From positions 314,367 through 378,366 of the IMG/VR virus record IMGVR_UViG_3300029288_006769: a stretch of 64,000 nt of DNA; one strand, 5' to 3'. Position numbers and translations under genes: made by a program. This stretch comes from a virus. This document shows, one piece after another, positions 1-8,045 of the stretch (position 1 is its first letter; each line of letters opens with the position of its first letter). The notes under the pieces are model-generated. The model searched no databases. It was not told where the DNA came from and saw nothing but the letters and a program-made list of their open reading frames with translations.

Positions 1-785
1 TGTCTTAGTCCAATTGTGTAATGCAGTCTTCTTTTTGCTTCAGTTAATTGCGTATCTACTTGAGTCTGTATTCCTTGTGCTGCATTCAAATACTTATCGC
101 TTCTTGTCAGATCGAATGAATAACCGTTAAGATTGTAAGCAAATTCTTCATTTACCCACAAAATTGCTAAATCCATAAGAGCATAAGACATAGCCTGTAA
201 TAGAAGCAATGGTTGCCAGGGAGCAGGAACAGCTACAAGATCATATGCAGTATCTGGCGGTATCAAATTGATGTAATTGCATGCTTGAACTAAATGCATA
301 TAAAGAGAATCATCAGTCCAACGATAACCTCTTGTCCTTGTAAAACCAGCTATAGTTGCTTCTTTTTCTGGAGGTACGAAGTGATAATCCCGGTCAGGGT
401 TACTGTCTCTCAATTTATTTCGCAAATGTTGAATCAAATACATAATTTCAGGTGGATAAACAATTCCTACACCTGCACACAAAGGAATTATTTGAAACTC
501 TTCAACATCTTCCTTTATTTGAGATGTCGCAGAATCTCTATATTTCCATCTTATCTTATGGACACCAAGAGGCTCATCATCAGGTATTGTCCAAGAAGCA
601 AAATAACTACCCGTGCTAAATTTCAAAGGTGTTCTATCTGGCAAACCAATTATTTCATCTGTACCTGAAGTAGAATCATATAAGGTATATGTGACAAAAT
701 AAGGATCAGAAAGATTACTATTCACATAAAAATAGATATTCAAATCACTTTTAGTAAGTGTCTGTCCTTGTTTTAAAGCTCCCAT
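1..785 (-). CDS. Probable head-tail connector/neck protein, truncated by window edge
   Basis: Hand-translated ORF from ATG 785 (MGALKQGQTLTKSDLNIY...LRNKLRDSNPDRDYHF...WTDDSLY...EEFAYNLNGYSFDL), open to the edge; N-terminus paralogous to 1063..1491. Confidence 0.55.
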   Translation of the reverse strand, partial: MGALKQGQTLTKSDLNIYFYVNSNLSDPYFVTYTLYDSTSGTDEIIGLPDRTPLKFSTGSYFASWTIPDDEPLGVHKIRWKYRDSATSQIKEDVEEFQIIPLCAGVGIVYPPEIMYLIQHLRNKLRDSNPDRDYHFVPPEKEATIAGFTRTRGYRWTDDSLYMHLVQACNYINLIPPDTAYDLVAVPAPWQPLLLLQAMSYALMDLAILWVNEEFAYNLNGYSFDLTRSDKYLNAAQGIQTQVDTQLTEAKRRLHYTIGLR

Positions 786-991
786 TAATCGCTTTCTCCT
801 TTACCACCAACGAGTTTCCGCAACTCATTCTTTGCTTCATCAAATGTCTTGTATCTACCAATTTCTTCTTTTTCTTCAGATTCTTTATTCTTCTTTATCA
901 TTATCCACTCGACTGGTGCAACCATTAAAATCTGTTCTTCATCTTCAAATCTTATAAAATCTGGCTTTTCTTGATAAAGCACTCGTTCCAT
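785..991 (-). CDS. Hypothetical protein
   Basis: GGAG RBS; stop overlaps next ATG. Confidence 0.6.
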   Translation of the reverse strand: MERVLYQEKPDFIRFEDEEQILMVAPVEWIMIKKNKESEEKEEIGRYKTFDEAKNELRKLVGGKGESD

Positions 992-1062
992 AAAAATCTC
1001 CCCAAGTTGTTGTTGCTTTGCTAGTAGGGTTTAATCTTTTATACATCTTGAGAAGATTAATC

Positions 1063-1491
1063 TTAACCTGCACACAACGTACTGTTACCCCATTGTTGAT
1101 GAGGTAATTTTCCTCCTGACCCATCATTAACTGCTGAATAATTCATTCGATCTATTCTGTTCACAATTTCAAAATCTTCAATATATTCGGTTAAAGAAGA
1201 ATCAGAGAATCTCGCTATATTCCATTTTATTCTATAACTTCCTACACCAAGATCATGCGCTTGTTCCCAAGCAGCAAAAAACTTCCCAATACCAAAAGGT
1301 AATGGCAACAAATCAATAGTTTCCAAAATTGGTTCTTCACCACATTCTTGATTTCTGAATTGATCTGAAATTACTCTATAAATAGTATAAGTAATCGAAA
1401 AAGGATTGAAATAAACTCCATCTTGATCTTGAATAAAAATGTTCAAATCATCTTTTGTCAAATTCTGCCCTTTATAAATTACAACAGGCAT
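1063..1491 (-). CDS. Ig-like virion protein, paralog of N-terminus of 1..785
   Basis: Shared GQxLTKxDLNI...PxxxTYTxY...GxxFAxW...GxxxIxW pattern. Confidence 0.55.
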   Translation of the reverse strand: MPVVIYKGQNLTKDDLNIFIQDQDGVYFNPFSITYTIYRVISDQFRNQECGEEPILETIDLLPLPFGIGKFFAAWEQAHDLGVGSYRIKWNIARFSDSSLTEYIEDFEIVNRIDRMNYSAVNDGSGGKLPHQQWGNSTLCAG

Positions 1492-1634
1492 TACTTTCCA
1501 CCTTCATTGATTTTAATTATCAGACAATCTCGACACAAATGCTTTGTCGGTTCTTCTACAACTATAAATTGCACAACTTTAGTGTTGCACTCTACACATT
1601 TCTCTTTTTCATTGTACACATTTAAAAAACTCAT
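1491..1634 (-). CDS. Small Zn-finger protein (47 aa)
   Basis: Hand-translated, CVEC...CRDC, GGAG RBS, TAATG coupling to next gene. Confidence 0.55.
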   Translation of the reverse strand: MSFLNVYNEKEKCVECNTKVVQFIVVEEPTKHLCRDCLIIKINEGGK

Positions 1635-1689
1635 AATGCTACTCCCACTCAATACAACACAAGCCTACTTTATCAGTAAGCTTGTACAT

Positions 1690-1704
1690 ATAAAAAGTAT
1701 AGAA
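1690..1704 (-). promoter_or_regulatory. Phage promoter motif copy
   Basis: + strand ataaaaagtatagaa, intergenic, upstream of 1634 start. Confidence 0.55.
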
Positions 1705-1711
1705 AAATGAA

Positions 1712-2074
1712 TTACGGTTTTGTGAATTTAACTACCATTCCCCCATTCGAACCTGGAAAATATGTCTCTGTCAACACTCTATAAAAATCTTCTAAAACAA
1801 GATTTGTCAAATTTATCGGATGTGTTCCTGTTGCTCTAACAAAATATGTTTCATTTTCTAAAGCGGTACCAGGTATCTCCCAAGAACAAACATATTCACC
1901 TGTTCTACCAGCAAGTTTATCTAAAACCGTAGTTGCAACGACAATATTCTCAGTTGGACCGGCATAATAGACAATAGAATATTGAGCATTATCTACATCT
2001 ATTGCTTCTCCTGTAAGTATATCTCTAAAGATAAATTTAGAAACTGCTATCTCATTTCTCTTGAAAAAACGCAT
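1712..2074 (-). CDS. Ig-like virion protein (distant paralog of 1063..1491)
   Basis: Beta-rich; TGEYVCSWEIP...YFVR pattern; GGAG RBS. Confidence 0.5.
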   Translation of the reverse strand: MRFFKRNEIAVSKFIFRDILTGEAIDVDNAQYSIVYYAGPTENIVVATTVLDKLAGRTGEYVCSWEIPGTALENETYFVRATGTHPINLTNLVLEDFYRVLTETYFPGSNGGMVVKFTKP

Positions 2075-2083
2075 ATTTACTCC

Positions 2084-2287
2084 TTACATTGACTTATAAT
2101 CATCATGAAGATGCAAATATCTGAATTGTCTAATATCTTGTGAGCGCATCGATTTGCATTCAGGACAATCACAAGTATCAGGATCTACATACTTCTGTTG
2201 CTCTTCACACCAACACAACCCATTAGGGCCGAACCATGTGCGATCTAATATCTCGTCAGCTATCTCTGATATTTTTTTCTTATTCAT
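2084..2287 (-). CDS. Small Cys-rich protein with N-terminal IADEIL motif
   Basis: GPNGLCWCEEQQKY; paralog of 2291..2491. Confidence 0.6.
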   Translation of the reverse strand: MNKKKISEIADEILDRTWFGPNGLCWCEEQQKYVDPDTCDCPECKSMRSQDIRQFRYLHLHDDYKSM

Positions 2288-2290
2288 AAG

Positions 2291-2491
2291 TCACCACGTA
2301 ATATCTTTGCGTCGAACATATGAAGGAGGTCTATTACTTGTAGAACCTTCATCTAAAGGCTCACAACCAGAACATCCTTCACCCTCTTCTTCTGTTAAAT
2401 ATTGTTGCTGTTCTTCGCACCAACACAAACCAGAAGGACCATCCCAATCCAATATCTCATTTGCAATTCGAATAACATTTTGACTATACAT
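2291..2491 (-). CDS. Small Cys-rich protein with N-terminal IANEIL motif
   Basis: GPSGLCWCEEQQQY; paralog of 2084..2287. Confidence 0.6.
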   Translation of the reverse strand: MYSQNVIRIANEILDWDGPSGLCWCEEQQQYLTEEEGEGCSGCEPLDEGSTSNRPPSYVRRKDITW

Positions 2492-2506
2492 GAAGTAAGA
2501 AGAGCC

Positions 2507-2521
2507 ATAAAAACTTTAGAA
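2507..2521 (-). promoter_or_regulatory. Phage promoter motif copy
   Basis: + strand ataaaaactttagaa, 16 nt from ATG 2491. Confidence 0.65.
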
Positions 2522-2528
2522 AACAAGT

Positions 2529-3176
2529 TTATAGCTTTTCAAATTCGACTTTTTGTTCTGTTTTGAACTTATATTTGACAGGAACTACACCGAGCTTGTA
2601 GAGTTCTTTTAAAACAAAAACATCAAAATTATTAGCAATAACTATTCCAACAACAAAATCATAAATTCTATTTATCAAACCTAACTTAAAATGTATGACA
2701 TATTTATTAATCTGTCCAACAACATCATGAAATGCGCCATTTTTCTTGACTTCAATAGGATATACAGTCTTTTTGTCTTGAGCTACTAAATCAACTCTCC
2801 CATATCTAGTTTCCATTTCGGTAATAATACAATTAAAATCCGATTCAGCTCCAAGACAAATTCTTAAATCATCTTGAGACAACATGATAGCTTTCACAAG
2901 ATCATCCTGCTTTGAAAAAACTGTTTCATCTTCTTGTCGTAAAACAACAACAGATTTGTCTTCTACAAGATTTGACAAAACTAAATTCTTATCAATAGCA
3001 TTTCCAATTTCTTTAAGATGTTCCCAACGATGATCTTTTTTTAGCGGATCAAAAGATTTCTCATTACTATCAAACTCTTCTCTTAAAAAACTCAAATACA
3101 TTTTAGCATTACTTGAGTCACCTAACAACATATAGTTGTAAGTTTGATAATAAAGAGTTTCTGCTAAAGTCGTCAT
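2529..3176 (-). CDS. NucS/EndoMS-like PD-(D/E)xK endonuclease domain protein
   Basis: E..TRYGRVDLVA...IEVKK...VVGQINKY...GIVIA. Confidence 0.7.
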   Translation of the reverse strand: MTTLAETLYYQTYNYMLLGDSSNAKMYLSFLREEFDSNEKSFDPLKKDHRWEHLKEIGNAIDKNLVLSNLVEDKSVVVLRQEDETVFSKQDDLVKAIMLSQDDLRICLGAESDFNCIITEMETRYGRVDLVAQDKKTVYPIEVKKNGAFHDVVGQINKYVIHFKLGLINRIYDFVVGIVIANNFDVFVLKELYKLGVVPVKYKFKTEQKVEFEKL

Positions 3177-3442
3177 TGAATTCTTTCAAGAATCAAAGGC
3201 TCTGTTTCGATTTCGTCTTTTTCTACAAATTTTTCTGTCTTAGGATCCCTAATTTTTATTTTTTTAATCTGTGTAACTCCATTTACTTTTCTATTAACTT
3301 GTATATTTATATGAGCAAAAACATCATTTCCATCAGCAGAAAATTCTAATCTTTGAACACCACCGATTTGTACATCATCTATGAAAACCAAAGTTCGCAT
3401 CGATGTGCCATCTGTTTCAATTCTAATCTTATTGTATTTCAT
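3173..3442 (-). CDS. Hypothetical protein
   Basis: GGAG RBS, coupled to next gene. Confidence 0.6.
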   Translation of the reverse strand: MKYNKIRIETDGTSMRTLVFIDDVQIGGVQRLEFSADGNDVFAHINIQVNRKVNGVTQIKKIKIRDPKTEKFVEKDEIETEPLILERIQ

Positions 3443-3451
3443 TTCTTCTCC

Positions 3452-3958
3452 TTATGTTGCAAAGACTTTTGAAAATTTCTTGACGACATTAATTCTAACC
3501 AATGGTCGAATAATATGATCACTCAATGAATTATCAAGAACTATTTTGACTCCCATTACAGAACCAACAATTTTACCAATCTGTTTTTCTTCATCTGTTA
3601 AATTTCTAGGGATGTGATCTACTTCATAACTGTAGTATATTCTAAGAAGATTTTTTGTGTTCTTGTTCATAGTTATGCAAAGGATTTCTTCACCAGTATC
3701 TTTTATTTCTTTAAACATGTTTTGTAGTTGCTTGATCACATGACTTTGTATATCAGATTTAACAATTCTACCAGAAGTTCGAGTTGTACGTTGTAATCCG
3801 TCATGTCTATCAGAAATAATATCTCTAGAATTTAAGTCTTCTTGTTCGATAAAATAAAATTCAAAAGTCTTCCTAAAGTCTTTATAAAACAACACATTAC
3901 TTAATGTAGACTTTTGAGTTTCCAGATGATCTTTTATTACAAAATCAAATTTGTTCAT
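3452..3958 (-). CDS. Hypothetical protein with C-terminal capsid A-domain-like segment
   Basis: QLQNMFKEI...CITMN...GSVMGVKIVLDN resembles MCP ALADAFAEV...LFMN...AQIWGADIIVSR. Confidence 0.4.
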   Translation of the reverse strand: MNKFDFVIKDHLETQKSTLSNVLFYKDFRKTFEFYFIEQEDLNSRDIISDRHDGLQRTTRTSGRIVKSDIQSHVIKQLQNMFKEIKDTGEEILCITMNKNTKNLLRIYYSYEVDHIPRNLTDEEKQIGKIVGSVMGVKIVLDNSLSDHIIRPLVRINVVKKFSKVFAT

Positions 3959-4181
3959 TTTTGGGTTTGGGAGCTAAACGTACTAAATAAAGTCGAGAAT
4001 CATCGACGTCTTCTGCTGTTTTTTTTAAAACACCATGATAGGTCAACAATTCTGGGTCATTATTTTTTGCTTCATTTCTTGCTGTTTTAAGATCTGCAAA
4101 AGGACCTGAATAAGTTCCATCAAGTGCTTTTACGAAAAAGCCACGCTGCTGTTCTACTTCATTCATTCTTTGTCCTTTCAA
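3945..4181 (-). CDS. Hypothetical protein
   Basis: ORF in operon context. Confidence 0.5.
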   Translation of the reverse strand: MKGQRMNEVEQQRGFFVKALDGTYSGPFADLKTARNEAKNNDPELLTYHGVLKKTAEDVDDSRLYLVRLAPKPKNEQI

Positions 4182-4356
4182 ACATTTGTTGTTGCATTTC
4201 TTTTATTTGCCTTCCAGTATAAACTCTATGTGCTCCACGAGTTCTACCTGCTATAAAGTAATTTTCTCTATCCCAAGCTCTCAATGTCGATCTACTAACA
4301 CATAATAAAATAGCCGCTTCCTTCAATTTATAAATCTTGTTCTCATCAATGTCCAT
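4159..4356 (-). CDS. MerR/excisionase-like HTH protein
   Basis: YKLKEAAILLCVSRSTLRAWD...RTRGAHRVY. Confidence 0.8.
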   Translation of the reverse strand: MDIDENKIYKLKEAAILLCVSRSTLRAWDRENYFIAGRTRGAHRVYTGRQIKEMQQQMFERTKNE

Positions 4357-4371
4357 ATTTATCGATTTCTT

Positions 4372-4386
4372 ATAAACATACTAGAA
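4372..4386 (-). promoter_or_regulatory. Phage promoter motif copy (variant)
   Basis: + strand ataaacatactagaa, 16 nt from ATG 4356. Confidence 0.5.
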
Positions 4387-4414
4387 ATTAGCAGAAATTC
4401 ACATTTATAAAAAC

Positions 4415-4440
4415 AAAAAAGCCCAAGTCTTCCTTGGGCT
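4415..4440 (-). terminator. Intrinsic terminator
   Basis: agcccaag/cttgggct stem followed by U-tract on minus strand. Confidence 0.75.
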
Positions 4441-4488
4441 AGAGTGCTTGAGTCGAAAAGACTCTATAACATCCCTCAATGAGTATAC

Positions 4489-4791
4489 TTATTTTCCAAC
4501 TGGAGCTACAGTTTCAATTGCTTTTTGGATTTGTTCTTCTTCAGAAAGGAACATTTTTTCGAGTTCTTTCAAAAACAGATCCCAAACTTTTTCTTTCAGC
4601 TTTGGTTCTAGCTGCGCATAAGGAACTTTTTGCCTTCCCTGAGTAAATGTGCGCGACTTGATAAAATCTAAAAACTTCTGATTGATTTCTTTATAATGCT
4701 GCTTAAGCCACTGACGAGTCACTGCAGCCTCTTTTACAAACTCATCAAATAGAATATTGTCTGCAATTTGTACTATAGCTTCTTTATTCAT
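4489..4791 (-). CDS. Hypothetical protein with KEA/IADNIL motif
   Basis: Likely start MNKEAIVQIADNILFDEFVKEAA. Confidence 0.6.
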   Translation of the reverse strand: MNKEAIVQIADNILFDEFVKEAAVTRQWLKQHYKEINQKFLDFIKSRTFTQGRQKVPYAQLEPKLKEKVWDLFLKELEKMFLSEEEQIQKAIETVAPVGK

Positions 4792-4832
4792 TTTGAATTC
4801 CTTCTGAAATATTTTTCTATAAAGCTTTAATA

Positions 4833-4847
4833 ATAAAAACAGTAGAA
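4833..4847 (-). promoter_or_regulatory. Phage promoter motif copy
   Basis: + strand ataaaaacagtagaa. Confidence 0.65.
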
Positions 4848-4850
4848 AGG

Positions 4851-5516
4851 TTAACAATATTTGCTTATATTCTCAATAATTATTCTGTTTTCACATATTG
4901 CGCAAATTGCTTTTCCTTCATATTCATTCAAAATCCAACTTTTATCTTTACATATTGCGCATGTATTAATTTCAATTTCACTCTTTATAATTTCAGGTGC
5001 AAGTTTATCTCTTATCTCAACCAGTTTATCTTTAATTTCAAATTGATTTGTTAAACTTCCCGGTATACGTGTTTTCAAATCAGCATCATCACCACCTTCA
5101 AAATCTGCTGATTCAAGAAACCAGTTTTCTAATTTAAACTTATCTTTTATTTTTTCAGCTAATCTGTGACTATTAAATCCAATGCGAATTTCTAGCTCTA
5201 TTGCATTACTATCAAGTTTATCGTTGAAATCTAAATACAATCTTACATGTCTTAAACCTTCAACAAATTGTCCTGCTTCATTTTTGAAATATATATAACT
5301 GGAATCATCACAATCAAAAATTTCAAAAACTAGATTTTGAAAATCGATATACCAACAAGAATTTTGGTTACATCCGCTTGTCCAAAGTTTGCAAATATTG
5401 TTTCGAACACAATCTCGTCCATCTACTGGACATTGATTAGTAAACGGAAAATATTCTTCATATAACTCATTTTTTCGTCGCATAAACCCTCGTGAAATAG
5501 TGCGTCTTGCTCCCAT
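4851..5516 (-). CDS. Cys-rich hypothetical protein with C-terminal Zn finger
   Basis: CAIC...CAIC at C-terminus; N-terminal Cys cluster. Confidence 0.55.
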   Translation of the reverse strand: MGARRTISRGFMRRKNELYEEYFPFTNQCPVDGRDCVRNNICKLWTSGCNQNSCWYIDFQNLVFEIFDCDDSSYIYFKNEAGQFVEGLRHVRLYLDFNDKLDSNAIELEIRIGFNSHRLAEKIKDKFKLENWFLESADFEGGDDADLKTRIPGSLTNQFEIKDKLVEIRDKLAPEIIKSEIEINTCAICKDKSWILNEYEGKAICAICENRIIIENISKYC

Positions 5517-5704
5517 TGTCCTGCTTGCAGGACAAGCCGCGCGTTAATACTCCAACCACTACAAGTTAAATATAATTCAATTCCTACCAACAATACTACC
5601 AATGACTTTCACACCGGCACGGTGTTTTATATTTTCTCGCCATCTGTAATGTACAAACTAAATTCCAAGAGTTTTTGCTTAACTTGTTATGTTCTCAAAC
5701 AACT

Positions 5705-5724
5705 CTATACGATATATCGTATAG
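5705..5724. promoter_or_regulatory. Perfect 20-bp palindrome, candidate operator
   Basis: ctatacgatatatcgtatag in intergenic DNA. Confidence 0.45.
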
Positions 5725-5777
5725 GCTATAATTTTTAACATTTTTTACAAGATTAATATAAAAAATAAGATGTAAAT

Positions 5778-5811
5778 AAAAAGGGCTCTAGACCTTTTAA
5801 GACTAGAGCCC
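5778..5811 (-). terminator. Intrinsic terminator
   Basis: gggctctag/ctagagccc stem with minus-strand U-tract. Confidence 0.75.
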
Positions 5812-5856
5812 CTGGTGTTACTATGGTAAAAACAATCTTAATATGCTAGAGCCTAA

Positions 5857-6288
5857 CTAGAAAACCTTTAGCACATTTCCGTTCCAACTTGTCATTACCA
5901 TTCCGTCAAATCGTTCGCCATTTTCAATATACTTGATTTTAAAACGACCTAAAAGCGTAAAAGATCCAAATTGGAATTCTATAAACTTTGCTTCATCGAT
6001 TTTCGGGAAGTTGCTATTTTGTTCTTTAAATAAGACATTTAAATTTTCTGCTTTCAAAGCCATTATTTCTCGAGCACCTTTGGTAAGTTCTCTATATGAA
6101 ACTGGCTTTGCACATGAACAATCGGATGGCATTGCTGGTGCAGGTACACCAATATTTGGGGCACTTGTAACTTCAGGTTTTGATTCACATGGCTCGTCTT
6201 GTCCAGAATCTATAACCATTGTTTTTGACTCATCACTTACAACATACTCACCAATTGCAGCATAAATTGTTTTTGCTATGTCTCTCAT
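5857..6288 (-). CDS. Hypothetical protein
   Basis: Overlaps stop of upstream gene; MRDIAKTIYAA start. Confidence 0.55.
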   Translation of the reverse strand: MRDIAKTIYAAIGEYVVSDESKTMVIDSGQDEPCESKPEVTSAPNIGVPAPAMPSDCSCAKPVSYRELTKGAREIMALKAENLNVLFKEQNSNFPKIDEAKFIEFQFGSFTLLGRFKIKYIENGERFDGMVMTSWNGNVLKVF

Positions 6289-6644
6289 ATTTTAAGTTTT
6301 TCCCAAGCATCTTTAAGTGTTTTAATAATGTTGTCAGCATCATCATTTTTTCCTATTGTCCCAGAAAATTCTACCATAAAACCGCCTCCAGGCATTTTTA
6401 CTAGAGTGCCATGCGTATCTGGTCCAACACTAAAAAACCTTTTGTACTTTGCTTCTTTTAAGATTTCGTCAACAATTTTACTGTGTTTTGGCTTTTTTAA
6501 TTCTGCAAAAATATTTGAACTTAATTCTCTTACTTGTGAAATAAGTGATTCTAGATCACCATGGTCTTTTTCTCTTGTGAGTACTTTGATGAGTTGAGAA
6601 AAAAGATCAACAAGATTTTCTTTGTTAAATGCTTCTTTTTTCAT
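6285..6644 (-). CDS. Hypothetical protein with KIVDEILKEA motif
   Basis: Coupled ORF; internal motif. Confidence 0.55.
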   Translation of the reverse strand: MKKEAFNKENLVDLFSQLIKVLTREKDHGDLESLISQVRELSSNIFAELKKPKHSKIVDEILKEAKYKRFFSVGPDTHGTLVKMPGGGFMVEFSGTIGKNDDADNIIKTLKDAWEKLKI

Positions 6645-6856
6645 ACTAAAGCCAATATTTTATTTGTAGGTTTAAATTTTTTGCGATTTAAGAATTTTGG
6701 TAATTCTTCTTTATTAATTTCAGATATTTTAGTAAATCTTGCTTTGTTGTTTTCTAGTACGAAGGATAAAATTTTACAACTTGGTCTCCCGTTCATCTCG
6801 ATTTTCAAAAACTCATTATCATTTGACCAGACACGATCTTGAGTTTTCATATTCAT
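6641..6856 (-). CDS. Hypothetical protein, paralog of 6853..7068
   Basis: RVWSNDNEFLKIE vs QIWEDEEYILKIE. Confidence 0.55.
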   Translation of the reverse strand: MNMKTQDRVWSNDNEFLKIEMNGRPSCKILSFVLENNKARFTKISEINKEELPKFLNRKKFKPTNKILALV

Positions 6857-7068
6857 ACTTCCTTTAATGTAATAAATTTTCTTGAAATCTCCAATTTCAT
6901 ATCATTAATTAATCTCTCAATTTTAGAACTCTTAGGATCAATAACTATATTTATGAATTTAAGAGTTTCGCCGTCTTTTTTGAATATTAATGCTTGAAAA
7001 TTTTCACCCATTTTTTCAATTTTCAAGATATATTCTTCATCTTCCCAGATCTGATTATTATCAAGCAT
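6853..7068 (-). CDS. Hypothetical protein
   Basis: Coupled ORF. Confidence 0.55.
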   Translation of the reverse strand: MLDNNQIWEDEEYILKIEKMGENFQALIFKKDGETLKFINIVIDPKSSKIERLINDMKLEISRKFITLKEV

Positions 7069-7071
7069 TAT

Positions 7072-7662
7072 TCACTCTTGGAGTACTTTAACATGTTTCA
7101 AATCTTGTTTTTGCCCGAACATCCCTCTTAAAAAACTCCCAAAGCCTTCTTCAGTTTTTTTGAGTGTTATTCGTGTTGCATCGGCTTCTTGTAATTCAAC
7201 GTTCTCATTAAAATTTTTTCCTACAAAACGTAAAGCGTCTTGATAAGGAATTCTAATATCAATAGAATCTTGTATTTGATAAGTAGAATCTTCTGTGAAC
7301 ATTTCAACTTGTTTGACATTATTCACTACAACTTTTACGTCAATTGAATCTGTATCTGCATAAACAGTAAGCATTAGAATACAACTTACAGCTTGTGCCC
7401 CTGCTGTTCCAAGCTTTACAAGGCCACCGAGCAGTTGTGGTGCCGAAACACCACTTACGAAAGCTGTTCTAAAGTTTGTTGCACCTGAAATAAAAAACCC
7501 AATTACCCCAAAAACGCCTGCAAGTAACATACCACATAAAAAATAAACATCAGGTGTCTCTTTTGCTTTCAACATGTTAGCTAGTTCTGTCAAAGACAAG
7601 ACTATTCCCCCAGCAAAAGCACAACTTACAAGTTGGATCTTTATTTTTTTAAGTTCTAACAT
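7072..7662 (-). CDS. Membrane protein
   Basis: Several hydrophobic N-terminal segments. Confidence 0.6.
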   Translation of the reverse strand: MLELKKIKIQLVSCAFAGGIVLSLTELANMLKAKETPDVYFLCGMLLAGVFGVIGFFISGATNFRTAFVSGVSAPQLLGGLVKLGTAGAQAVSCILMLTVYADTDSIDVKVVVNNVKQVEMFTEDSTYQIQDSIDIRIPYQDALRFVGKNFNENVELQEADATRITLKKTEEGFGSFLRGMFGQKQDLKHVKVLQE

Positions 7663-7888
7663 AACAAAATGTTTTTAAACTACGTATTGCATTTGCATAT
7701 TTGAGTGCAGGAATTGCACTCTCAACAGACTCATTGAAATAACTATCTTTTAAATTTTCTCTATTTTGTGGATCTTCAAAGGAAAAAATACACTTAGAAC
7801 TCTCTCTTTCAGTTTTAGTAATTTTACAGCCCATACACTGTAAAAACGACGCAAAATACAAATCACTTGTTTTTATCACGTTGCCCAT
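7649..7888 (-). CDS. DUF5659-like small phage protein
   Basis: TSDLYFASFL..G......R.....FSF pattern; GGAG RBS. Confidence 0.6.
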   Translation of the reverse strand: MGNVIKTSDLYFASFLQCMGCKITKTERESSKCIFSFEDPQNRENLKDSYFNESVESAIPALKYANAIRSLKTFCYVRT

Positions 7889-7962
7889 ATTAGCTCCTTA
7901 AATCTTTTTACATCATTTTCAAAATCAAAGTTGTCTGCATCTAAGACATAAACTTGCAGTGA

Positions 7963-8000
7963 ATAAAAACTATAGAAAACCATTTTTCTCTTGTTTTTAT
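7963..8000. promoter_or_regulatory. Back-to-back divergent pair of phage promoter motifs
   Basis: ataaaaactatagaa (minus copy, 7963-7977) and ttctcttgtttttat (plus copy, 7986-8000) between divergent genes. Confidence 0.6.
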
Positions 8001-8045
8001 ACGGTCAAACTTACTAGATTTCATCGACTAAAATTAGGAGTAAAA

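Noticed and set aside
4159-4356. IS607 transposon
   Set aside because: Only the HTH is present; no serine recombinase domain or TnpB nearby
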